The position numbers and the translations under genes are program-made. Positions 42,050 through 50,593 of a DNA stretch of 64,000 bases are shown piece after piece. Position 1 is the stretch's first letter; the number at the start of each line of letters is the position of its first letter. Under the pieces are notes generated by a model. The model ran no database searches. It worked only from the letters and a program-made list of their open reading frames with translations, and was not told where the DNA came from. This stretch comes from Fidelibacterota bacterium. Lineage in GTDB: Bacteria; Fidelibacterota; Marinisomatia; SCGC-AAA003-L08; GCA-2689995. The stretch lies in contig JACNKR010000025.1 in NCBI GenBank assembly GCA_014381925.1, positions 18,506 to 82,505 of the forward strand, read 5' to 3'.

Positions 42050-42525
42050 AAAATTTCTAGCCACCTTTTATATGCATTAGTGTTTTTAGTTTGTAATAAC
42101 CTTTTTTTGATAGTTTGGCACAATTTATTTACATTTATATCATTTAGCTCATTCCTTAAACCTGATGGAGCACCATTGATACGATACGGAGAGATTCTCA
42201 GCTTTCGAATAATTTGTGAATATTCTAAATATTCATCTGTCCCCTTTTTATTTTCCATGTTTTGATTTCTAAATTTATTATTCCGAATTCGTAATTTTGC
42301 TTTTATTAAGTCCGTAACCGTATGCGATAATTGACTTGTAATATAATAAATTAAATCACAATTAGAGATTTTTTCAATATTACAATTTCTTTCAAATCCT
42401 GTATTATGAATAAGCATTGCACCGTGCTCATGAATGACATTTTCAAATTGTTCATAACTAATTTAGTCTGTTCCTCCAACTACACCTATCTTAATTCCCG
42501 TTAAATCTGTTTTTGCTTTGTTCAT
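42046..42525 (-). pseudogene. DUF2325-like Rossmann-fold protein with an in-frame TAA
   Basis: ATG at 42525 overlaps the McrC-like TGA; MNKAKTDLTGIKIGVVGGTD*ISYEQ...CDLIYYITSQLSH; TAA at 42463-42465. Confidence 0.6.
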
Positions 42526-44177
42526 TTGAGAATACCTTCTATTTCGAAAAGATTGGTTAAAAATGTGTTTAATACTTTATCAACATTGTATTCACCTTTT
42601 CCGGTATCACCATATTCTGGTCTTAATGGGAGCCAGCCTGAAGTCATTCTATAATCGCCATCAAAATGACACTGTTTTTCATAGTAATTGATTTTAGAAG
42701 TGAATTTACTCCCTTCGTATAATCCTGGGTATAATAACCAAAAATGATTTACTAAATTAATTTTAGTTCCCTCCGTAGTGACAACACCAACAGAATTATA
42801 ACTTTTTTTTATACATTTTATCATTTCAGCCACCATTTTACTTTCTGGCATATATTTAGCATCAAATATAAATATCTTTTTTATTTCTTCATTTATTTTA
42901 AAATAAATAGACAAATCTGGGGTTTTTGGCGCATCACTATCACTATTAATCAATCCGACTTTTCCATTCTCGGCACGTGGAATTTTTCTACCCATAATAA
43001 TATCAAAACTGTAGTTATGAATTTTTCCATGCATTTCAGGTTTATTTGGATTTTCTAAATATTCAATGTTAATAATATTTCTCTCTAATGAATTATAAAA
43101 TTTTATAAATAACCAGTATTCATATAATTCAGAAATTTTAGTTAAATTCCTGTCACCAATTTCTAAAACATTGGGAATTGCAAAAGAATAATCAAAATCT
43201 TTAATATTCTTTCTTATTGAGAAATAATTTTTATTATTTGATTCAATCCAAGTTGGTGGAGGGATTATTTTATTATTTTTTAGATAGTCTGGTAACTTAA
43301 AAAACTTCAAAAATAGATTGTGAATACCTTTTAAATTTTTCCTTGAAAATGCTAATTTGTCTCTTGCCTCTTTTGCATATTCTTTTTTCCCTTTTAGTTT
43401 TAAAAGCTCATCAACTTTATCAATCAATTCATCAACTTTATCAATCAAAAACGAAATGCAATGAGAAATGTTTTTCAGAGATTTTATTTCGGGTTTTATA
43501 TTGACAGATGGAACAAGTAAGGTATTTTGAATTTGAGTTTTGTAGCTATATACATTATACCCTTTTTTATAAATAGTTTTTAATATTGTAATGTTTATTT
43601 TGCTCTTTTTATTAAAGGGTTTAAAAACCATATTTGATTTAATGAAAGGTTTTCCAATGATTGATTGAATATGATATATAAACCTATCTATTAATTTTTT
43701 AAAAATAATTATTTGGTGGTCAAGTTGATTGGTCCTATTCAGTATCTGTAATAAAAAATCATGTTTTACTAATCCAATGTTTATAATATTTGGAAACAAT
43801 GTATAAATATCTTTCACCATTTGTTGGAAATGATTATTTAATATTTTAGTTGGTAAAATATAGATCTTTAAAGCAAACTTCCTTATCGTATTCTTATAAA
43901 AGACAAATTCAGTATTGCCGCTATATTCTCCATCGAAAAGTTGTCTCGTTGAATTCTCCTTCATAGGTAATGAAATCCTATTTTTTTTAGATTTATTTTC
44001 TCCTTGTCCCACCTCCCAACCGGGTGTTGATTCTTCTAAATCAAACCGAAAATAGTTTGATTGATAAAAATCGTGATCACATGAAAAACTTTGTTGATTG
44101 TTATTATCAATTTTAAATTCGATTAGCTCTTCTTTTTCTTCTCCTATTTTTTTTTTAATATATAATAAAATTTTCAT
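42522..44177 (-). CDS. McrC-like nuclease (DUF2357-type N-domain plus PD-(D/E)xK)
   Basis: LPTKI-x5-QQMVKDI, LYEYWLFIK, TPDLSI...IFDAKY, WLLYPG; directly downstream of the McrB-like gene. Confidence 0.75.
   Translation of the reverse strand: MKILLYIKKKIGEEKEELIEFKIDNNNQQSFSCDHDFYQSNYFRFDLEESTPGWEVGQGENKSKKNRISLPMKENSTRQLFDGEYSGNTEFVFYKNTIRKFALKIYILPTKILNNHFQQMVKDIYTLFPNIINIGLVKHDFLLQILNRTNQLDHQIIIFKKLIDRFIYHIQSIIGKPFIKSNMVFKPFNKKSKINITILKTIYKKGYNVYSYKTQIQNTLLVPSVNIKPEIKSLKNISHCISFLIDKVDELIDKVDELLKLKGKKEYAKEARDKLAFSRKNLKGIHNLFLKFFKLPDYLKNNKIIPPPTWIESNNKNYFSIRKNIKDFDYSFAIPNVLEIGDRNLTKISELYEYWLFIKFYNSLERNIINIEYLENPNKPEMHGKIHNYSFDIIMGRKIPRAENGKVGLINSDSDAPKTPDLSIYFKINEEIKKIFIFDAKYMPESKMVAEMIKCIKKSYNSVGVVTTEGTKINLVNHFWLLYPGLYEGSKFTSKINYYEKQCHFDGDYRMTSGWLPLRPEYGDTGKGEYNVDKVLNTFLTNLFEIEGILK
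43408..43448. repeat. 21-nt tandem duplication encoding a repeated heptad (LIDKVDE x2)
   Basis: TCATCAACTTTATCAATCAA at 43408-43427 and 43429-43448. Confidence 0.85.
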
Positions 44178-44187
44178 TAATTATTTA

Positions 44188-47100
44188 CTATCCAAAGAAA
44201 TCGAAATCTTCCATATCAAAGCCATTTTGATAAATCTGTTCAGCTTTGATAAATGAATTTCTATACAATAATTCATCATCTTCAGATCTATTTTTCATTA
44301 TACCATTTTCATCAAATGTTACCTGATTCGTTTCTTCCAGCGAACTCAATTTTTTCATAATTGTTTGCAACCTCAATTTCATCCCATCACCAAATCCTCT
44401 CAACTTTGGCAATATCCGTTGTAATATTTGAATATCTAATGCATCATTTTCATTCATCCAGTCATTTTCAGTAGCAAGTTGTACATATTTTTCAATTCCC
44501 AAAATTGTGCGTGGGCTGATAAAGAATTTTTTGCCTTTGCCTTTGTCTTTGTCTACGTCTTGAGAAAATGCTTTAACAATAGTTTTTAACTCTCCCAACC
44601 CTTCTTTTGGATTTGTTCCATCAAGAGTGGGTATTATCAATGCTTTATTATTTTTTACAGCATCATATTTCAATTCAGCACCTCTAAAATAATCACCACT
44701 ATTCCCATTCAATTCAATCAAATTAGCTCTGTCCAAAAACCGTGGGCTAAATCGCTCTACCGTTTCATCTATATTAGCCGTTCCAAAAAAGTGAGTATTC
44801 GGACGTAATTGAAGCGGATTAGGTAAAATATCTTTAAACTTAATTCCACTCAATTTATCCATATATTCCACTTTCCCAAGTTCCGAACCTGAAATTGCAG
44901 TCATAATAGTGGACATATAATATTCCGGCGTGGAAAGATTTATTTCATCTAATAATGGAGCAAAAAATAGGTTATCATTTTTATTTTTAACGGCCTCATT
45001 TGCTGCAATCAGCAAGGGTAATAAATCATTATTAGCAAATTGATAGCGATAGTTTGCAAAATTATAAAATCCAAATAATTCTGATTGGTCAAACCAATTG
45101 CGTTGCACAGATATATTACATAATCTATTTTGTTGTCCAATAGCGTGCATAAACGACTTTATTAAACTGGTTTTTCCAAATCCGGGTGGGCCAGTTAAAA
45201 TAGTCATACTTCCTGTTTGAATACAGAGCAGAAGGTTTTTTATTGTTTCAGCATCAGTTTCATAACCAATATTTTTCATTCGTTCTATAATTTCATCAAC
45301 TAATTCATCGCCTTTAAGATCTTCAGACGTATTTGAATTAAGATATTTATTGCAAACAATTCCTCTCTTTCCATCTTCGCCATACAAATATTTTTTAACT
45401 TCATCCCGATTGCCGTCGGTTGATGATTTACTTGAACCTCCGTCTCCATTCTTTCCCGGCTCACCTTTCTCACCTTTATCACCTTTAGGTCCTTGTGCTC
45501 CAGTATCGCCTTTATCACCCTGAATACCTTGATCTCCTTTGGGTCCAGTGGTTCCATCATCTCCTTTATCACCAGTATCTCCTTTTTCGCCCTTTATTGT
45601 TTCACCAAAATCTTTGTGTCCATTTAAATCTTTCCAACCTTTACTATGCCATTCTGGTTCTTCTTCATCATCTGGATTTTTCTTTGATTGTTTTTTGGTA
45701 ACTACTTTTGCCTCTTTCGATGGTGGTTTTATTTCTCCATCCTCTGGTTTCCCTTGTTTGATACCTTTTTTAGTTTTGCCATTAGGTTTATCTGCTTCAG
45801 CATAAATTGGTTCTTCAATATACTCAGCGTCAATTAAACCATTTGGGTCATATACACCCACAGTTGTTTTACTCATTCCAAAGTCAATGCCAAGGTAGAT
45901 TTCGTTGGGATCTTTTATATTTCCTTCCGATTCATCTTCAGAATTGTTGGTATTAACTTTTTGTATTGGTGGTATATCAAGGGAATTATTTTTTATCAAA
46001 TTTTTAATTTCAGTATGATTATCCATTACTTCGAAGCCTAGTTGAAATGCGATTGTATTGCCGATGGAAATACAATCAGTTATTTTAAAATCGAATTCAG
46101 GATTAGCAATGTTGTTTAGTAAATCTGAATAAATAGGAATTTCCGTACAAAAATTTTCAGATAATTGATTAAGTTTTACTTCTTTATTATTTGCATAAAT
46201 ATACACTTTAACACCATTAGTTAAATCTTCATTTGTAACATCTAATGTTGAATCTGGGATAAGATTATTCTCATTAATAAGATTTATAGTAATTCTATAA
46301 TTTCCCGCATCGTTGTTTTTATGTTTTAGTTTAAATATTTTTTCACCAATAAGCAAAAATGCATACACGCGAGTATCATAATATATACCTTGTATTTTCG
46401 CGTTTGCTTTTTCTTCTTCGGTTCTTCCAAATTTATTTTTAAATTCATTCTTTAAATATTGTGCAAGCCCTAACCCACCTAATTTTCTGTTTTTGTTATG
46501 ATTTTTTAATGTAGATGAAAGTATTTCACTATCAGAGTACCATTTTTTTAATGTGTTTTTAACTTGATCTTTCAGCCATATATTTTCGTAAAAACCACCA
46601 GTTATAAGTATTCTTGTAACTGGATTATTTTCATACTCAACATCATATTCCTCTTTGAGTTTCTTCAAGGTGTCAGACAACTCTTTATAAAATTTGTCAA
46701 ATATTTTTTTAAAGTTTTCTTCCTTTAATGGAACAGTAATTTTTTTATAAGAAAAATCTTTATAATCATCATTTTCTATTATATTTTTTTCAATTTTATC
46801 AAGTAATTTCCAATCAAATTCATCCTTTTCATCCCTGTTTTTAAAAGATCCAATTTTTCCATTATTTTTTAAATCCTCTCGGATTTTGGTATAATAATGA
46901 CTTGCACCCAATTCTATTGAGTTTACTTTTAAAGATGTTGTTTTTTGATCAGTTACTCTAATGAAAGTTGAATCAAGAGTTAATGCTCCAAAGTCAAGCA
47001 CCCAAAGTAAATCACCTTTTACTCTATCTATATTTGCATTTGGCTCATTAATAAATTGATAATAAATAGAATCAGCTTCACCTTTTATGTAATTACGAAC

Positions 47101-47646
47101 TAAATCCTCTCCAAATAACGAAAACCGATCGTTTCTCGTATTAATAGCCTTTTTAACTGCGTTCCTAATATTATCTTGAAAATTCTTATTATATTTTTTC
47201 TCTTCATCTGTTGCATTTATACCGTATTTATAATCAGGTTTTGAATAAATAATTTTTACATTTGTTTGTTTATATTGCTTATTACCTAATGCACTATTTA
47301 GAGTATCACCAATTTCTTCAAATAATTTTTCAAAATATTTTTCAGTAATAAATGGTGCAGCAAAAACATCTCCATTATCATCAATATCTACGCCTGAGTA
47401 TAGTCTAATATCTCTATTTTTATTAATTAGTTGTTTACCATCATATGTTAATTGACCTTTAAAATATCTATAAATTTGATGCGTCGAGTCTAATTGTGAT
47501 GTACTATTTAATAATGAAAACCTGTAACTATCCCTATCAATCTGATCACGAGGGGCTTTTGATAATTCACCCCTTATTATAGAATCCTTTATATTTTTTA
47601 ATTTCAACAACCCTAATTTATTTTCAAATTGGTTATTCTGATTCAT
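44188..47646 (-). CDS. Hsp70/actin-like ATPase + collagen-like linker + McrB-like AAA+ GTPase fusion (1152 aa)
   Basis: LDFGALTLDS, ITGGF, LGLAQY and later GIDFGMSKT (Hsp70-like); 17 Gly-X-Y triplets; GPPGFGKT, LLDEINLS, GTANIDET, FSPRFLDRAN (McrB-type). Confidence 0.8.
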   Translation of the reverse strand: MNQNNQFENKLGLLKLKNIKDSIIRGELSKAPRDQIDRDSYRFSLLNSTSQLDSTHQIYRYFKGQLTYDGKQLINKNRDIRLYSGVDIDDNGDVFAAPFITEKYFEKLFEEIGDTLNSALGNKQYKQTNVKIIYSKPDYKYGINATDEEKKYNKNFQDNIRNAVKKAINTRNDRFSLFGEDLVRNYIKGEADSIYYQFINEPNANIDRVKGDLLWVLDFGALTLDSTFIRVTDQKTTSLKVNSIELGASHYYTKIREDLKNNGKIGSFKNRDEKDEFDWKLLDKIEKNIIENDDYKDFSYKKITVPLKEENFKKIFDKFYKELSDTLKKLKEEYDVEYENNPVTRILITGGFYENIWLKDQVKNTLKKWYSDSEILSSTLKNHNKNRKLGGLGLAQYLKNEFKNKFGRTEEEKANAKIQGIYYDTRVYAFLLIGEKIFKLKHKNNDAGNYRITINLINENNLIPDSTLDVTNEDLTNGVKVYIYANNKEVKLNQLSENFCTEIPIYSDLLNNIANPEFDFKITDCISIGNTIAFQLGFEVMDNHTEIKNLIKNNSLDIPPIQKVNTNNSEDESEGNIKDPNEIYLGIDFGMSKTTVGVYDPNGLIDAEYIEEPIYAEADKPNGKTKKGIKQGKPEDGEIKPPSKEAKVVTKKQSKKNPDDEEEPEWHSKGWKDLNGHKDFGETIKGEKGDTGDKGDDGTTGPKGDQGIQGDKGDTGAQGPKGDKGEKGEPGKNGDGGSSKSSTDGNRDEVKKYLYGEDGKRGIVCNKYLNSNTSEDLKGDELVDEIIERMKNIGYETDAETIKNLLLCIQTGSMTILTGPPGFGKTSLIKSFMHAIGQQNRLCNISVQRNWFDQSELFGFYNFANYRYQFANNDLLPLLIAANEAVKNKNDNLFFAPLLDEINLSTPEYYMSTIMTAISGSELGKVEYMDKLSGIKFKDILPNPLQLRPNTHFFGTANIDETVERFSPRFLDRANLIELNGNSGDYFRGAELKYDAVKNNKALIIPTLDGTNPKEGLGELKTIVKAFSQDVDKDKGKGKKFFISPRTILGIEKYVQLATENDWMNENDALDIQILQRILPKLRGFGDGMKLRLQTIMKKLSSLEETNQVTFDENGIMKNRSEDDELLYRNSFIKAEQIYQNGFDMEDFDFFG
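45439..45591 (-). repeat. collagen-like (Gly-X-Y)17 coding repeat
   Basis: GEK GDT GDK GDD GTT GPK GDQ GIQ GDK GDT GAQ GPK GDK GEK GEP GKN GDG. Confidence 0.95.
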
Positions 47647-48153
47647 TTTAAATTTTGTCTTTCATAATTTCTAAGTCTTTCAATTTCTCTTTTTTGATAA
47701 CTTGGTTCTTTCTTCTCGCTTATATAAACATCAAATTTTCCGCCACCAATGTTTCTATAATAGATACGCCCATCTTTATTTCCACCTGTATTGAAATGAA
47801 AATCATAAAATCTTTAAGTAGTTTTGACATGTGTAGTATTAAGTTTCTTTATTATACCTGTATTTAATATCATCAAGTTTTTAAATATATCCTTTGTGTT
47901 TAAAATCAATTCTTGGTCAAAAATATTATCAAATGAACCCCAAATAAAATTTAGATTTGAAAATATCTCCTTAAATATTTTTTTATATTTATTATGTAGC
48001 TTTGATATGTTTTTCAAATTTTCACTTTTCATTTTTATAATTTTATCATTAAGATGTTTATTTTCACTTTGACACGTTCTTAATTTTTTAAATCGTTCTT
48101 TTTCTTGTATTATTATTTTTTGTTCTAATTAATTTTTTTTCTAATTTTGACAT
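47643..48153 (-). pseudogene. coiled-coil plus RelE/ParE-like protein; apparent 1-nt insertion and one in-frame TAA
   Basis: ATG 48153 follows the upstream stop; final TGA overlaps the McrB-like ATG; 511 nt = 170 codons + 1. VKTT*RFYDFHFNTGGNKDGRIYYR...VYISEKK...QKREIERL; TAA at 47814-47816. Confidence 0.6.
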
Positions 48154-48155
48154 TA

Positions 48156-48566
48156 TTATATCCCAAACATTTGGTCAGAACAATTTTCACATAAATCATG
48201 TGCTTCATTTGAATAGGTTACAGGCGACCTACCACACCAATCACATTTTTCGTAGCTTTCAGACTCTATCCCTTCATTTAGCCACTTTTCAGCTTCAATT
48301 TCTGGAATTGTACTATCAACAATTTTATCGAAAATATCAAAATCTTTTTTTGTAAATGTATCTTTGTATTTATTAGAAATATGACCATTATCTGCTAACC
48401 AATTATTAATGTTATTTAAAAATTCTATAGAGTTCTTATTTTCATTATTTTTGATTAATTTATTTAATACTTCTTCTAATTTTTCAGGTGAAAGATTTGC
48501 ACTTTTCAATAACATTCGTGCACTGATTTTTCTATATTCATTTTCTTGGTTACTTACTTTTTTCAT
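48156..48566 (-). CDS. hypothetical protein with a C-terminal Cys4 zinc ribbon
   Basis: CDWC-x14-CENC; ATG 48566 overlaps the upstream TGA. Confidence 0.6.
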   Translation of the reverse strand: MKKVSNQENEYRKISARMLLKSANLSPEKLEEVLNKLIKNNENKNSIEFLNNINNWLADNGHISNKYKDTFTKKDFDIFDKIVDSTIPEIEAEKWLNEGIESESYEKCDWCGRSPVTYSNEAHDLCENCSDQMFGI

Positions 48567-49081
48567 TTTATATTCCCTTTCGTTAAATGCCAACCATCAC
48601 CATTAGGGCATTTATAAATTTTAAGTTTGATTTTTTGTTCTTTTAAAATAATAGTTTTTCTTATTTGTGCACCTTTTTTAGTAAAATATAATTCTTTAGG
48701 TTTTTTATTCCCATCTGTACAAGTAGTACAAATAATACTTGGAGTATGTCTATTTTTGGGTGATAAATGCCATTTTTTACATGTATTACATTTATAGGGT
48801 GTTAACTCTGAATCATGATCTAGTTTTAAATATTGACTATGTTCTTTCGCATTATATTTTGTATTGTATTCAGATAAAAATTCACCATAATTACTTTTAC
48901 ATGTATTACTCTTTATAATTTGTGTTTTACTTGGTGACAAATGATAGTTTTCACACTTATTGCATCTATATGGTGATAATTCCAAATTATATTTATTATT
49001 AGTATAAATAGCGGCTTCATGAGCTTCATTTTCATTTTTATAAATTGATAATGGGTTTCCTCTTTTACCAATACACTGCAA
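48563..49081 (-). CDS. protein with three tandem zinc-finger-like repeats
   Basis: Three C-x~10-Y...L-x2-Y-x-C-x2-C-x3-HL(S/T) units; the third ends CPNGDGWHLT. Confidence 0.65.
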   Translation of the reverse strand: MQCIGKRGNPLSIYKNENEAHEAAIYTNNKYNLELSPYRCNKCENYHLSPSKTQIIKSNTCKSNYGEFLSEYNTKYNAKEHSQYLKLDHDSELTPYKCNTCKKWHLSPKNRHTPSIICTTCTDGNKKPKELYFTKKGAQIRKTIILKEQKIKLKIYKCPNGDGWHLTKGNIK

Positions 49082-49089
49082 TATTATTT

Positions 49090-49305
49090 TTACCCCCCAC
49101 CCACAAAATCATCATCGTCTTCATTTAAGAATTCACTGATATCATCTTGTGCTCTTATTGGATCACCTGCATTTGTATATACAATATGATTATCTTCATA
49201 TTCATTATGACTATTATTTTCAATTGCTGAGCAAGTTTGATTTAATACATGATTGTTATATTTTTCTTTTGAAGAAAAAAGTGTGTTACACTTTGTACAT
49301 TCCAT
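49090..49305 (-). CDS. small C2HC zinc-finger-like protein with an acidic tail
   Basis: CTKCNTLFSSKEKYNNHVLNQTC; EDDDDF tail; AAGGA RBS. Confidence 0.6.
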   Translation of the reverse strand: MECTKCNTLFSSKEKYNNHVLNQTCSAIENNSHNEYEDNHIVYTNAGDPIRAQDDISEFLNEDDDDFVGGG

Positions 49306-49428
49306 TTAATTATCCTTTTTATTAAATTTGTTTATTAATTTTTTATACAATAAAAAAGCAAATATGCTAAATATGATGCCAAACATAAATCCATATATAA
49401 AAATTTCATACAGGTCAAAGAATAACAA
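49306..49428 (-). CDS. 40-aa single-TM peptide (not in ORF track)
   Basis: TTG directly after the upstream TAA, AAGGA 10 nt upstream; MLFFDLYEIFIYGFMFGIIFSIFAFLLYKKLINKFNKKDN; its TAA abuts the next ATG. Confidence 0.5.
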   Translation of the reverse strand: MLFFDLYEIFIYGFMFGIIFSIFAFLLYKKLINKFNKKDN

Positions 49429-49767
49429 TTATACATTATCCTTATTTTTTATTTCCTTAATTAATAAATGTGCGGATTCTAATAATCTACCTGGTAATTG
49501 GATTACGGTAACTAAAACATTACTTGAAAATAAAAAAACATATCCATTAAATAAGCTAAATCTAGTAATTCCGCCTCCTGTGAATTTATTTCGATGTCTT
49601 AATTCATCGATATGTTTTCTAATTTTTCCTTTTACTAATGAATGATGAATCCCTTCATTCCATGCTTTTTCAGCTGTTTTTTGATGATTTTTACAAATTC
49701 GCTGCTTAATCCTTTTTTTTGCGTGTCTTGAAACTATAATCTCATCTATTGGATTTAAATATGGCAA
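49429..49767 (-). CDS. phage-type basic protein, BECR/DUF4258-like fold suspected
   Basis: IVSRHAKKRIKQR N-terminal motif and YVFLF-x3-VLVTVI C-terminal strands. Confidence 0.45.
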   Translation of the reverse strand: MPYLNPIDEIIVSRHAKKRIKQRICKNHQKTAEKAWNEGIHHSLVKGKIRKHIDELRHRNKFTGGGITRFSLFNGYVFLFSSNVLVTVIQLPGRLLESAHLLIKEIKNKDNV

Positions 49768-49774
49768 ATTATTT

Positions 49775-50583
49775 TTAACCTTTTTTCTTTAAATCAACAA
49801 TCTCGACCATTGCATTTGCTCCAAAAATAGCTTGATGTCCTTCCATAGTTGTTGAAAAAGGGAGATCTGAATATGGTTTAATTGCATCTGCAGTTGGATT
49901 CATATCAACTAATAAATGATAGGCAATTCCTGCACAAGTACCAGCTACAAACCCAGTTGTTAATTCTTTGTTTTTCAATTTTAGTTTATCCCAAAATGGG
50001 TCATGATTCTTGGGGAGATTTTTATGCACAATATTAACTAGCCCCACTAACGAAAATGCGACAGTTTCAATTATTAATGCAGGAAGAAGGGAGTGGGTGA
50101 ATATGGACCGATGCCTTCCAATCCCAACTTTTAAATCAGTATCAGGTATTCCACCATCGCCATCAAATCCACCACTACCAATTAAAAAACCAATAAATAT
50201 AACAAATAATTTTGGTGCATATTCTTTTGGGTTTGAAAATAAATTTGATATAATTATTTTTAAGAAATTGAAACTTGATTCAGATAATTTAACTATATTT
50301 CCTCTTGCTGAATTCCCCTGTTAATAATGTGTGTTTTTAATTTATTTTGCTGAATTGCTTTTATAGTATTGGATGTTTCTGAAGCAGTAAATTTTATAAA
50401 ACCCTCAATTGCCTTTAATAAACCTTTTGCTCTCCGTCCAGCTAATTTTAGAAATAAGATTCCAGATTCTTTACCCCATGATTTTAATTCTTCAGACGAT
50501 GTTTTATTAATTGCTCGTCTTATTTCTTCATATAGATTATCAATTCGAGTTTTTTTTATTTTAATAACTAATTCATTTTCCAT
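49775..50583 (-). pseudogene. YdjM-like membrane metal-dependent hydrolase, frameshifted
   Basis: Downstream frame is open from 50320 without a start (GDGGIPDTD, HRSIFTHS, YHLLVD) and overlaps the end of track ORF 50293-50583; 809 nt = 270 codons - 1. Confidence 0.65.
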
Positions 50584-50593
50584 TTATTTTCCA

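Noticed and set aside
45439-45591. CRISPR array or DNA-level tandem repeat
   Set aside because: Periodicity is at the codon level (Gly-X-Y) with variable nucleotides; no repeat-spacer structure here or elsewhere.
45300-45805. Alternative-frame ORFs over the collagen region
   Set aside because: By-products of the stop-poor Gly-X-Y coding sequence.
47655-48072. Plus-strand ORFs 47655-47867 and 47824-48072
   Set aside because: Antisense shadows of the disrupted minus-strand gene that is coupled to its neighbours.
39548-48153. Genome-wide TAA stop-codon reassignment to explain three in-frame TAAs
   Set aside because: Most intact genes in the window, including some in the island, end in TAA followed directly by the next gene.
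50296-50330. Programmed -1 frameshift in the YdjM-like gene
   Set aside because: GGGAATT is not a canonical X-XXY-YYZ slippery site and no obvious stimulator was seen; a 1-nt deletion is simpler.
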